This document shows, one piece after another, positions 14,101 to 28,213 of a stretch of 64,000 nucleotides of DNA. This stretch comes from Eledone cirrhosa (Eukaryota): NCBI GenBank assembly GCA_964016885.1, contig OZ024740.1, forward strand, positions 157,604,001 to 157,668,000. Direction: 5' to 3'. The position numbers were made by a program, and so were the translations under genes. The first letter of the stretch is position 1. Each line of letters starts with the position of its first letter. The notes below the pieces were generated by a model that worked only from the letters and a program-made list of their open reading frames with translations, was not told the DNA's origin and searched no databases.

Positions 14101-15599
14101 ATCCCACTGTGTGGCACCATGGGCAAGTGCCATTTAGCATAGACGTGGATCGAGACAAGCACTGTAAATGAAATTGAATAGATGGAGACAGTCGAAAAAC
14201 CTGTCGGATGGATTATACCAGTAATTAAATGAGCTAGCCTTCTCACACTCCGTCTCACTTAATATTGTATTATGGATACACGTGTCTGCTAAATACTCAG
14301 CCACTTATATGATAATTTCATTGATCGAGCAGCTGGAATATTCATCACCAAAATAAAACTGCGGAAAACCATTTTTACTGTTACAAGCATTCGCGCTAAA
14401 TCTCTACCCTCTTTTTCCCTTCCTTCTGGTAATCTTGGAGGCCCTGAAAACGACCATCGGCATTGCCTTTCAGGCATTAAAACAAGATACACATACTTTT
14501 GTATGAAATTACAATTACATATGCTGCTTATGTAGAATGAAGATTATGGGCATGGTGATTGTAAATGAGTATGCGAATGTCTCTGTGCGGAAAAAACAGA
14601 AAAGAATTTGTTATTTTTATTTTCAAACACAGATTTGTCGAACTGTATAAAATGTATAAGAAAATAATCAATAGTTCATATTTTAGGCATTTTGACTTTC
14701 TTAATTTCACAAGGTCGCCTATAATTGACCTCTCCAAAACTACTGCCAGGCTTCGGGTCATCTATAAATTCAATTTAGGCAAATATGATTTTATGTGATT
14801 CACTTTCCCCTAAATTTCGCTCCTTTTCTCTTTCTCATTCTCTCTTTCTCATTCGCTCTTTCTCTCTTCCTCATTCTCTCCTTCTCGTTCGCTCTTCTCT
14901 CTTTCTCATTCTCCCTTTCTCTCTCTGTCTCGTTCTTTCTTTCTCATTTATTCTCTCTTTCTCTCCCTCCCTCACTCTCTCTCTCTCTCTTTCACTTGTT
15001 CTCTCTCTTCCTCTCTTGCTTGTTCATCCTCTCATTCATTCCACACAAACAATCGAGCCTAATTGAGCGCTCTTTTCCTCCATCTTCTATTCCTTTCTTG
15101 TTTCCTTATTGCTTTCTCTCTTATTCTTGTCATTTTCCTTTCTTTATTTCCTTATTTGTTTCTTTATTTTGCTCTTTCTCTCTTTCTTTTTGGCTTTCTT
15201 CTAATTTGCTTTGTTAAATTATTTAATTCTATCAAATTACTTCAGTTTCCACCGAGAGCTGTTACGACTTAAAATTATGATGATGATGATAAAGATGATG
15301 ATGAGGATGATAAAGATGATGATGATGATGATGATGACGATGATAATATTGATGATCCTATGATGAAACTGAGAATAACAATCGAAAAAACTGAAACACT
15401 TATACGTAGAGAAGAATGGAAACCCAATAGCGTGTGCATATTATTTTTGTAACATAATAGTATTTGAAATTTAGAGAACCCCAGTACTGCTATGCTGGAA
15501 ATCGTTGCTCTCTAGAATACAGAGTTTAACGTATCACCGATTATTTTTCCTGGTTAATAGTGAACTGTGAGCGCCTGGCATCATTTTAACTGCCTGACA

Positions 15600-16480
15600 T
15601 AAAAACTTGGGTCTTTGTTAAACACAGTAACACAGCTCTCTCAAAGTTACGAGATGTGGGAAGACATTCTGACAAACAGTGACTACATATGCTCGCTGTT
15701 CAAGAATCTCTGACGATGCCGTAACCCTTAGTACAAACCTGCTCATCGTTATATTTAGCATATCGATCCACCCGTGTAAAATATATTGGCAGCAGATGAA
15801 CCAATTAAACAGTGAAAAGCGTCTTTTCCACAAAATGCGAAAGAACAAACGCTCCAGTCTTATAAAATGAAAACCCACTGAGACACGACAGTCAGTTGAC
15901 AGTAAATGACGTCAGTCATATTCGCGTTCGTCACCTCTGTCTGACCTTTTGGTGATATTTTTTGCTCGTGTCATTTCTGGGTAAGACCTACTCTTTACCT
16001 TACTCGTAACCTCATGAATCCACCTAATGGTCTGACTTGAACATGACATTATGCATTTTAAAACTACCATCGATCCAACAACCCACTGTAAGGGTCGATA
16101 TGGACTTGCTTCTCCATTTGCCAACCTGAAAGACCACCAATGTTTTGTTGATAAGGCTTGCTCCTGTTACCACAATATATTCTTACGGTATAACGTCGAC
16201 CACATCGATCTCCGTTGTGATCAATACCCCCGTGTCACCTTCAGCGTAAGCTGAAACGGCTTTGACAAGCACTGCACTTCAACAACAGTAGCTTTGCAGC
16301 AATGCCTAATGAGCCAAAATGTAAGGCAGAAATGGAGAAAAGCGGTTTCGACGTATCGAACATATGATTTGTTAGGTAGCCATTTACTCTGACCACTGAG
16401 TAGATGTCGCTGTATACAGAAGCGACCCAACCTCTGAGAACTAAATTGAAACTTACCGTACTGAGTACAGCCATCAAGTA
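15600..16480 (-). mobile_element. Old, heavily decayed Tx1/L1-like LINE fragment
   Basis: RLERLFFRILWKRR..HGWIDMLNITMSRFVLRV aligns by eye with GGKLVMPWLMMRRHALRL of the 45-kb copy; VASVYSDI resembles VSAYADDV. Confidence 0.5.
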
Positions 16481-16589
16481 CTGATGGTTGACGCTATCAT
16501 AAACTATGAACTGATCTACGTGAATCATAGCCCCATTCAAATCAGATCTATTACCTACTTTCTTTACGATGTATCAAACAATGTGGAAT

Positions 16590-16860
16590 GCACATGGCCT
16601 AGTAGTGAGGGTGTTGGACTTACGATCGTAATATCATGGGTTCGATTCCTGAGCTGCGCGTTGTGTTCTTGGGCAAAACACTTCATTTCACGTTGCTCTA
16701 GTATACTCAGCTGAAAGTGAGTACCAGCAATAGCTGGGGGTTTAACCCTGCGATGGATTGGCGTCCTGTCGAGGGCGGGGTTATTGTACTCTCAGTCGCG
16801 TCATGCCACAAAACCGCGATAAGCACCGGCTCAACGCACTGCTTGCAGCGCACGAGGGCA
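16590..16860 (+). mobile_element. Second tRNA-derived SINE family (CORE-like body)
   Basis: TGGCCTAGTAGT A box, GGTTCGATTCC B box, TGTGTTCTTGGGCAAAACACTT CORE-like segment; related decayed heads near 4120, 11375, 14060, 37170(-), 42243, 43725. Confidence 0.7.
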
Positions 16861-17354
16861 TGAAATATGGATACAGCTATCGGAAATCATTCAAATCTGC
16901 GAGCTTCCAACCGCATAAACAACGACCAACAACGAACGCCAATCCTTTAGTAAGGATTTTAGCTAAATTTTAAAACTAATTTTTGATGATGATTCCCTTG
17001 TTTGCACTCTTCCTCAGCAGCACCACCATTCTCCAATGGGTTGTTCTCAGTTTGTTGCCAATTGCGATTGATGAGGTGGCGGTGGTAGTGTTGGTGGTTG
17101 TGATGGTGGTAGTGGGGGTGATGGTAATTATGTTGATAATCGTGATGATAATGAGACAGAAGGGAGGAGAAGGAGGTGTATGTGAATGGGGAAATACAAG
17201 AGTTGGTAGTAAGAAAATCTAAAATAAAATATAATTAAAATGAAATGTTTATTAACATTTCTTTTTATCTCTCAGATTTCATATATGTACGCATGTATAC
17301 ACATGCATATACACACTCACACATACAGATTCAAACACATGCACTTACACACAC

Positions 17355-17437
<83 letters not shown>

Positions 17438-17505
17438 ATATATATGTATATGTATATGTATGTATATATATATGTATATGTATATGTGTATATATATGTG
17501 TGTGT

Positions 17506-17544
<39 letters not shown>

Positions 17545-18767
17545 GGAGAGTGAGAAAGAAATATATACATATATTATCTCAGGGATATTTTAATTGAACA
17601 GACAGTATGGTGGTCGCCAGATGATTGAAATCTCATTGATGTGCCAAATTTCATTTGAATTTCACCCAAAACTTATTTCAAGTGCTTTGTTTCGCATGAC
17701 AAACCACTTACCCCCAGCCCACCATTACAACACCACACCTGAACGATGCTATTATCATTATCAGTTTCCACCAACAGATATCAGGTGATTTGTTACGCTT
17801 TATAATAAACTAACAATAAGAAAAACATATTTGTTAACAACAGTGAACATAAGCATAATAACAATAATTCCTCATTGAAGCACAAGGTGAGAAATTGAGG
17901 GAGATGAGAAAGAATTTTATTAAGTTGACCTGAGTGCTTCAATGATACTTTACTTTATTGAATCTATAATGATGGAGAGTTAAACTGAACTCGGCGCAGA
18001 GAGCCGTAACTAAATGCTGATGTCATTTTTGTCCGACACTCTACCGATTCTGGGAACTCATTGTCTTTGAAGAGAAGGATAATAATGTAAATAGTTCTTA
18101 ATAACGGTAAAAGTTCACTAATTTTTAAGGATGAGGAATATCGATTATGTAGACTCAAGCAATTGACTTGTGCAACTTAGCTTTTGTTTCCTCGGGGAAC
18201 TGATATAATAAAATACCCAACAAGATAAAATACCCTTATAATGCTTCTTAAATGTGGGAATGGTTAATGATAATAATAATAATAGAAGAAGAAGAAGACG
18301 AAGAAGAAGAAGAAGAAGAAACAATAGTTTTGTAAAAGAAACTTAAATTTAACTAACAAACGTGCATAAGGCGGCATATTTGCAGAGTCGGTAGAGTGCC
18401 GAGTTAAAAATGCCTCGGGATTTATTCTGGGTCATACCGTTCAAATACGGTCGAGGATAACTCTGCCTTTTATCCTTCGGAGATCAATAAATAAGTAATA
18501 ATCCAGTACTGAGGGAGATTCTTCCCCTTTCTCTCTCTTTCTCTCGAAGAATTCGGCTGTGGTATGACCTGGCGTTATATTACATTGGTTGACTTTCAAT
18601 GGATATCATATGAAATTATGTATATTTCTTATGTATTTCTATGTTAAATTCAAAGTGTTTTCCGAATTTCTTCTTCCAAACCAATAATGGTTGATTATGA
18701 AACTGATTAATCCGTAAAATGACAGATATGACCGATACCGATTATCTGCTGATTGATCAGTGCAAAC

Positions 18768-18806
<39 letters not shown>

Positions 18807-18859
18807 TGGAAAAAGTGTGAACGTTAGAAAACGTTACAAGTTATATAAGGGAAATGATA

Positions 18860-18975
18860 ATAATTGTTTCTACTTTTGGCACAAGGCCAGCAATTATCCC
18901 AGGCAAAGTTAACGTCGGTGAGATTTGAACTCAGACCGCATAGGGACGCAACTCTATGCTGCAAAGCATGGCGCC
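18860..18975 (-). mobile_element. Internally deleted tRNA-derived SINE
   Basis: B box and tail match the 9620 consensus; central domain missing. Confidence 0.75.
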
Positions 18976-19115
18976 CGAATCGTAAAACAGCATGCAAGAG
19001 TCTGAACGAAAACATAATTAAACTTAAAATGAAATGTTTTTGAAAATCTGGAAGCGGAGAAAGCAAGCTTGGCAAGCTTTCCAAAACATCAATTTGTTGT
19101 ACATGTTATAAAGAT

Positions 19116-19167
<52 letters not shown>

Positions 19168-19186
19168 AGGTGGGCTTTTCAAACAC

Positions 19187-19234
<48 letters not shown>

Positions 19235-19893
19235 AATTCAGCCTCTATAGGTCATTATCGCCACTAGTGGGATACGTCGCCTCTACTATGCTATACCATA
19301 TCTATTCTTATCTATATATATACGGCCACATATATAATTGTAATTATAATACCTGTTCGGCGACTCTACTTTTATATGTTTATACTATCTCTTATATAAA
19401 TGTTCAGTCTGTCTACTATAGGGAAACATTCTTTTAGTTTCACTTTCCTTTTCATCCTCTCCCTAAACTACACAGTTTCTAATATTTTCTCTATAGCTCA
19501 TATGTTTCCGACATTCATCTTCTCTTACATTTTCTCAGCCTTGCACATGATATTTGTTCTTTGTTAATTCACACGAAATTCCGATAGCATTCACAACACC
19601 CACGATCAACGATCTATTCAGGCCAACTAGGTCATCTTTTTAGATCATCTCACAGCGTAAACTGACGTCATTCAGATTATCCAGATTATTTCTGGATCTC
19701 CTCAATTAAAGAACAGATGGGAGAGAAAAATATAAGATTGAATACAAAAAGAAAATGTCTAACTTTAAACCTTTCTGAATGGTACTACAAAGAACTCGTG
19801 AAATACACATATCTACATATATATGTATACAGTTACGCACACACGAGCTCATACATATGTATGTGTGATTGTATGTATGTATCTCTCTCTCTG

Positions 19894-19980
<87 letters not shown>

Positions 19981-19983
19981 CTA

Positions 19984-20033
<50 letters not shown>

Positions 20034-20405
20034 CACACACGTAAATACATAGGTGTGTTAATGTAGAAATGTGTGTTTGTGTCTGTCTGTTCTGTGTGAG
20101 TGTACCTACTGTGCATGAGCGTGGGCATTTGAATAATCTTTGAGGAAGAATAATTTCCGTTCAAAGGAATTATCGATAAATATCCATCGAGATTTTCGAC
20201 AAAAATAACGAATGTGAATTATTAATAAAAAGCAAATACAAAAGACAAAGAAAATCGATGTGTTCTTACAGACAATAAATCATTGTTAGTAATCCCCCTT
20301 CATTCGGTAACTCCGTTTTTTTGTTGACGTGACACCACGTTTATACTCACGCACATATATATGCTTATATATTTATGTATGTATATATATACGCTACACA
20401 CACAA

Positions 20406-20461
<56 letters not shown>

Positions 20462-21116
20462 ATATATATATATAAATATATATAGAATAACTTAAGTTAG
20501 CTAAAGGTAGACTCCTAATAGAGGGACCTAAAACAGGAGCAGTTGATGTCCTCCGTTAAATAACGGGTGAATATTAATTTATACCTTCAAAGAATTTCAT
20601 CTGACGAAGCTGAGTTTTTCGATGTTGGTTCATCTTATTTTATGTAATAGAATGCCCAATATTGCTTTATGAGTGGAAACTGCAGTAATAGCGAGATTGT
20701 TGGTGGAGCAGAATTTTTTTATGTTTCTTTACTAGGAATCTGCCTATAGGTAACTTTAAATAAGCTATTCTATATATATTTACATAATTCTCTAGAATTT
20801 CCTGTATAACAGTGACAAATAATATCCTGTTTGATATATATATATAAATGCTATAGCAGCCCTGCGCATGCGCATACATTTTTCCAACACACAGGATCAA
20901 TTAGAGAAGAAAACTCAAATCGTTTGTTTGTTTTATCTTGGACTGTTTCAGCTTCGCATCTGAAAAGATGGTAATAGTCCTGAAATATCATTCTATAATA
21001 CACAGAGTAAAATATTACTTTGTTTTATTTCAATTACAATTATTTGCCTTTCGAATTTTTTACCGCATTGTACCGGCTTTAAAAAAATTATCGGTTATTT
21101 ACTACATACACACTCG

Positions 21117-21278
<162 letters not shown>

Positions 21279-21397
21279 TCTATCTATCTATCTATATATC
21301 TATATATACTCTGGAATTTCACCTCTTTTTCACAGTGTCTTTAGACAAGAACACTTCGGTATTGAGTACTCTTTCCCCTTAGCCGTCAATCTCACAC

Positions 21398-21428
<31 letters not shown>

Positions 21429-22139
21429 CGGATATGTGTCAAGAGGCCATAGTGTAAGATAAAATGATATCTGTATATATAGAGAGTGGGAAACTGAAAC
21501 TGCATTAATGTCTATATAAATATATATTTTTTAATATATAGACATGTAAACATGCTAGAAATACGTTGAAAAAATGCTAAAAACCTTTGATTGGGTCTTC
21601 ATCAGAAGGTGTGTATGCCATAAAACAACCACAAGGAAACGCGTATTTGATGGGCTCATATACCCATTTGCTCATAGTAGTATTCTGAAAATGAACGTAC
21701 TAATTTGCGTATAATCAACACTCGTGTTGTAACATCCAACACGTAACTGTCAAGCCACACTGACAGATGAAAGTAATTTCGAGAGATAACTCATCACATA
21801 TTAAAATAACAGAAATGTATGATAATTTCAACGGATGATAATTTCAGCGAAAATAAATATTGATGACATAGATTCAGTATAAACGAAAGAGAAGGAAGAG
21901 ACATAAAATGGAAGGACGAGAGCATGTTTGTGAATGTGTTTCAAATCTACTGGAATTATAAAGGAGCTGTGAAGTGTTCTGTCATATTCATTATACTATG
22001 TAGATAACCGAATTACTTTATATATAACTAGAGAAAAGGAAAGAGATATGCCTAGACAGAACAAGGTTGTGGCACTTAAAAAACGAGAAACACATACATG
22101 CATATATATATATATATATACATATACACATACACACAG

Positions 22140-22188
<49 letters not shown>

Positions 22189-22353
22189 AAAAGAGTGAGG
22201 ACCCCGAAATATATATAATGAAATAAATATGGTTTTATAAATATAGTTTCCATTTATTTAATATTGTAAATATACTCCAAATATTTGTCGAGTGCTTTTA
22301 TATCAGTTATAAATATTTACTAGTTGTAACCCAACAATTTTAAATATAACTTT

Positions 22354-22402
<49 letters not shown>

Positions 22403-22698
22403 AGTATAAGTATACTAGCTATATATATATACACACACACACAATTACAAGAAACGAAGCAGGCTGTGTGGTTACATAGTGTAAGATGGTAATATGGACG
22501 TAAACAAGAAAAGAAACCCTTCATCAGCTGTTAACTGCCGATCATAGATGTTTCGGCGCTTAAAACATGGCATCGAAATCGATCAGCAGTGCGCCCAGGG
22601 AATTTTATCATTCAAAAGGCAACGAGGGAAAGAAAAGATAGTGAAGAGAGAGGAAGAAAGAGGAAAAAGGAAAGAGGAGAAAACGAAGTAAACAAACC

Positions 22699-22763
<65 letters not shown>

Positions 22764-22797
22764 ATATGTATATATACATAAAAAGTATATGTATGTA

Positions 22798-22852
<55 letters not shown>

Positions 22853-22932
22853 TATATATATATATATATATATATACAGTATATATATATATATATATAT
22901 ATACAGTATATATATATATATATATATATACA

Positions 22933-23240
<308 letters not shown>

Positions 23241-23242
23241 TT

Positions 23243-23306
<64 letters not shown>

Positions 23307-24316
23307 GAAAAAGATGAAATCGAAAATGCAACTGGAGTCTTTAAACAAAAAAATATTTATTTGGTTCCTTTACCGGTTTCGCAGTTCTTGTGCTTTTCAA
23401 AAGGTGAGTTGAGATGGAGGGTCTGTGGTTTTTCTCACTACTACTACTGCTGCTGTTGCTGATATATATGTATATCAGCATATATATATATATATATCAT
23501 ATATATATATCAGCAACAGCAACAGCAGCAGTAGCAGTAGTAGAAGTAGTAGTAGTAGTAACAACAGCAACAGCAGCAGCAGTACAGTAGTAGTAGTAGT
23601 AGTAGTAAAAGTACACGGGGAAATATTATTAACTCATAAAGTCAAGCCACCCTAATGAGTACGTGCCTTGTGTTTACTGCACACAGACCCACACACACAA
23701 ACACACATGTATATATGCATATGTGTGTGTGTGTAGTATATGTTATGCACCTATATGTATATATATGCTTATACATCTATGTATTGTGTGAGCGTATAAC
23801 TACATATACATATGTATATATACACAACTATATATAATTGAATCGTGATATCTTTGATGTTAAGCCAATTGCTACAATAGAATAAATGTATCTACATACA
23901 AAATTATCATCGATTAATAGCAGTGTACAACACTTAATCGTTATGATAAGGAAGAAAATCAATCAAATATCTTTTCTTCGATGATCAACGTTCAATTTGG
24001 TTCTTTTATGAAAATGAAGGGAAATGTAATCTATGAAAAACAACGAGACAGAATATATATATATATATATAAAGAATGAATAATAACAGGAAGACATCAT
24101 AAAAAGGTAATTTATTCTGTGTGCTTACAAATGTTTCCACGGTGGTTATACAACCTAGTTATGCTATGTGCAAATTTATAACTATTTGCAAAACTCAATT
24201 ATCAAATGCTGTGACCACTGTATCATCAGAGCAGAATGGTTAAAATGTAAAATGTAAATACCCTTTAGGGAAGTTATTGGGAAAGATAGAGTAGAAAAGG
24301 AAGAGAGAAAGAAGGG

Positions 24317-24350
<34 letters not shown>

Positions 24351-24566
24351 AGTCTTGTACTCTCAGTCGCTCCAGGCCATGAAACCGGGATAAGCACCAG
24401 TCAAATGAACCTTCTGGCTTAAGATAGACATTGGACTTAGATATATATACATATATATATATATTTACATATATATATATATATATATATACATATATAT
24501 GTATATATATAAATGTAAGTATGTATGTATACGTACATACATATATGTATACAGACGTACAGTAGC

Positions 24567-24617
<51 letters not shown>

Positions 24618-24775
24618 CATACATGCAGGTACACATACATATATGCACGCATCAGTTTAGCAGACGCTTATTATAGCGCTTGCTTTGTTCGTTTGTCAAC
24701 AAACTGAACAGCCTGAATTTATGCCATACGGTGTTAAGGCAACCACGTCACCTTTTTGTTCAACACTGACACAGG

Positions 24776-24820
24776 AACGATGTACTAGTTTCAAGCTTGT
24801 TAGCTATCATCAGCACCGTT
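24776..24820 (-). ncRNA. Type I hammerhead ribozyme, array unit 1
   Basis: AACGGTG CTGATGA T AGCT aaca AGCT T GAAA CTAG TA CATCGTT on - strand. Confidence 0.85.
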
Positions 24821-25060
24821 TACCCATCTGCCAGATAGTTGAACGTTCGAAAGTATATACTTTCCTTATGAAAATTAACGGCTGAGCAGCCTAATTTGCA
24901 TATTGAGTGAGTTAAATCGGTCAGGCATACCGAAAACGATAAGTTGAAAAAAATGAAAACGAAAAACGAAATTTCATTTCTCACTCTTAGTATGGCACTT
25001 ACTTAAATGTAAGTATGTATGTATACGTACATACATATATGTATACAGACGTACAGTAGC

Positions 25061-25111
<51 letters not shown>

Positions 25112-25269
25112 CATACATGCAGGTACACATACATATATGCACGCATCAGTTTAGCAGACGCTTATTATAGCGCTTGCTTTGTTCGTTTGTCAACAAACTG
25201 AACAGCCTGAATTTATGCCATACGGTGTTAAGGCAACCACGTCACCTTTTTGTTCAACACTGACACAGG

Positions 25270-25314
25270 AACGATGTACTAGTTTCAAGCTTGTTAGCTA
25301 TCATCAGCACCGTT
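25270..25314 (-). ncRNA. Type I hammerhead ribozyme, array unit 2
   Basis: Identical to 24776-24820. Confidence 0.85.
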
Positions 25315-25554
25315 TACCCATCTGCCAGATAGTTGAACGTTCGAAAGTATATACTTTCCTTATGAAAATTAACGGCTGAGCAGCCTAATTTGCATATTGA
25401 GTGAGTTAAATCGGTCAGGCATACCGAAAACGATAAGTTGAAAAAAATGAAAACGAAAAACGAAATTTCATTTCTCACTCTTAGTATGGCACTTACTTAA
25501 ATGTAAGTATGTATGTATACGTACATACATATATGTATACAGACGTACAGTAGC

Positions 25555-25609
<55 letters not shown>

Positions 25610-25767
25610 CATACATGCAGGTACACATACATATATGCACGCATCAGTTTAGCAGACGCTTATTATAGCGCTTGCTTTGTTCGTTTGTCAACAAACTGAA
25701 CAGCCTGAATTTATGCCATACGGTGTTAAGGCAACCACGTCACCTTTTTGTTCAACACTGACACAGG

Positions 25768-25812
25768 AACGATGTACTAGTTTCAAGCTTGTTAGCTATC
25801 ATCAGCACCGTT
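25768..25812 (-). ncRNA. Type I hammerhead ribozyme, array unit 3
   Basis: Identical to 24776-24820. Confidence 0.85.
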
Positions 25813-26182
25813 TACCCATCTGCCAGATAGTTGAACGTTCGAAAGTATATACTTTCCTTATGAAAATTAACGGCTGAGCAGCCTAATTTGCATATTGAGT
25901 GAGTTAAATCGGTCAGGCATACCGAAAACGATAAGTTGAAAAAAATGAAAACGAAAAACGAAATTTCATTTCTCACTCTTAGTATGGCACTTACTTAAAT
26001 GTAAGTATGTATGTATACGTACATACATATATGTATACAGACGTACAGGTGACGTGGTTGCCTTAACACCGTATGGCATAAATTCAGGCTGTTCAGTTTG
26101 TTGACAAACGAACAAAGCAAGCGCTATAATAAGCGTCTGCTAAACTGATGCGTGCATATATGTATGTGTACCTGCATGTATG

Positions 26183-26233
<51 letters not shown>

Positions 26234-26473
26234 GCTACTGTACGTCTGTATACATATATGTATGTACGTATACATACATACTTACATTTAAGTAAGTGCC
26301 ATACTAAGAGTGAGAAATGAAATTTCGTTTTTCGTTTTCATTTTTTTCAACTTATCGTTTTCGGTATGCCTGACCGATTTAACTCACTCAATATGCAAAT
26401 TAGGCTGCTCAGCCGTTAATTTTCATAAGGAAAGTATATACTTTCGAACGTTCAACTATCTGGCAGATGGGTA

Positions 26474-26518
26474 AACGGTGCTGATGATAGCTAACAAGCT
26501 TGAAACTAGTACATCGTT
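26474..26518 (+). ncRNA. Type I hammerhead ribozyme, array unit 4
   Basis: AACGGTG CTGATGA T AGCT aaca AGCT T GAAA CTAG TA CATCGTT; predicted cleavage after A26511. Confidence 0.85.
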
Positions 26519-26676
26519 CCTGTGTCAGTGTTGAACAAAAAGGTGACGTGGTTGCCTTAACACCGTATGGCATAAATTCAGGCTGTTCAGTTTGTTGACA
26601 AACGAACAAAGCAAGCGCTATAATAAGCGTCTGCTAAACTGATGCGTGCATATATGTATGTGTACCTGCATGTATG

Positions 26677-26727
<51 letters not shown>

Positions 26728-26967
26728 GCTACTGTACGTCTGTATACATATATGTATGTACGTATACATACATACTTACATTTAAGTAAGTGCCATACTA
26801 AGAGTGAGAAATGAAATTTCGTTTTTCGTTTTCATTTTTTTCAACTTATCGTTTTCGGTATGCCTGACCGATTTAACTCACTCAATATGCAAATTAGGCT
26901 GCTCAGCCGTTAATTTTCATAAGGAAAGTATATACTTTCGAACGTTCAACTATCTGGCAGATGGGTA

Positions 26968-27012
26968 AACGGTGCTGATGATAGCTAACAAGCTTGAAAC
27001 TAGTACATCGTT
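26968..27012 (+). ncRNA. Type I hammerhead ribozyme, array unit 5
   Basis: Same motif; predicted cleavage after A27005. Confidence 0.85.
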
Positions 27013-27170
27013 CCTGTGTCAGTGTTGAACAAAAAGGTGACGTGGTTGCCTTAACACCGTATGGCATAAATTCAGGCTGTTCAGTTTGTTGACAAACGAA
27101 CAAAGCAAGCGCTATAATAAGCGTCTGCTAAACTGATGCGTGCATATATGTATGTGTACCTGCATGTATG

Positions 27171-27221
<51 letters not shown>

Positions 27222-27461
27222 GCTACTGTACGTCTGTATACATATATGTATGTACGTATACATACATACTTACATTTAAGTAAGTGCCATACTAAGAGTG
27301 AGAAATGAAATTTCGTTTTTCGTTTTCATTTTTTTCAACTTATCGTTTTCGGTATGCCTGACCGATTTAACTCACTCAATATGCAAATTAGGCTGCTCAG
27401 CCGTTAATTTTCATAAGGAAAGTATATACTTTCGAACGTTCAACTATCTGGCAGATGGGTA

Positions 27462-27506
27462 AACGGTGCTGATGATAGCTAACAAGCTTGAAACTAGTAC
27501 ATCGTT
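27462..27506 (+). ncRNA. Type I hammerhead ribozyme, array unit 6
   Basis: Same motif; predicted cleavage after A27499. Confidence 0.85.
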
Positions 27507-27664
27507 CCTGTGTCAGTGTTGAACAAAAAGGTGACGTGGTTGCCTTAACACCGTATGGCATAAATTCAGGCTGTTCAGTTTGTTGACAAACGAACAAAGC
27601 AAGCGCTATAATAAGCGTCTGCTAAACTGATGCGTGCATATATGTATGTGTACCTGCATGTATG

Positions 27665-27717
<53 letters not shown>

Positions 27718-27957
27718 GCTACTGTACGTCTGTATACATATATGTATGTACGTATACATACATACTTACATTTAAGTAAGTGCCATACTAAGAGTGAGAA
27801 ATGAAATTTCGTTTTTCGTTTTCATTTTTTTCAACTTATCGTTTTCGGTATGCCTGACCGATTTAACTCACTCAATATGCAAATTAGGCTGCTCAGCCGT
27901 TAATTTTCATAAGGAAAGTATATACTTTTGAACGTTCAACTATCTGGCAGATGGGTA

Positions 27958-28002
27958 AACGGTGCTGATGATAGCTAACAAGCTTGAAACTAGTACATCG
28001 TT
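27958..28002 (+). ncRNA. Type I hammerhead ribozyme, array unit 7
   Basis: Same motif; predicted cleavage after A27995. Confidence 0.85.
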
Positions 28003-28160
28003 CCTGTGTCAGTGTTGAACAAAAAGGTGACGTGGTTGCCTTAACACCGTATGGCATAAATTCAGGCTGTTCAGTTTGTTGACAAACGAACAAAGCAAGC
28101 GCTATAATAAGCGTCTGCTAAACTGATGCGTGCATATATGTATGTGTACCTGCATGTATG

Positions 28161-28213
<53 letters not shown>

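Noticed and set aside
21570-21620. Minus-strand CTGATGAAGACC
   Set aside because: No GAAA half-core after the putative stem II
24685-28093. Repeated 66-aa and 60-aa ORFs in the array
   Set aside because: Short, TTG-started or microsatellite-derived, no recognisable motif, and interrupted by indels in the diverged 37.4-kb copy; the conserved signal is RNA structure
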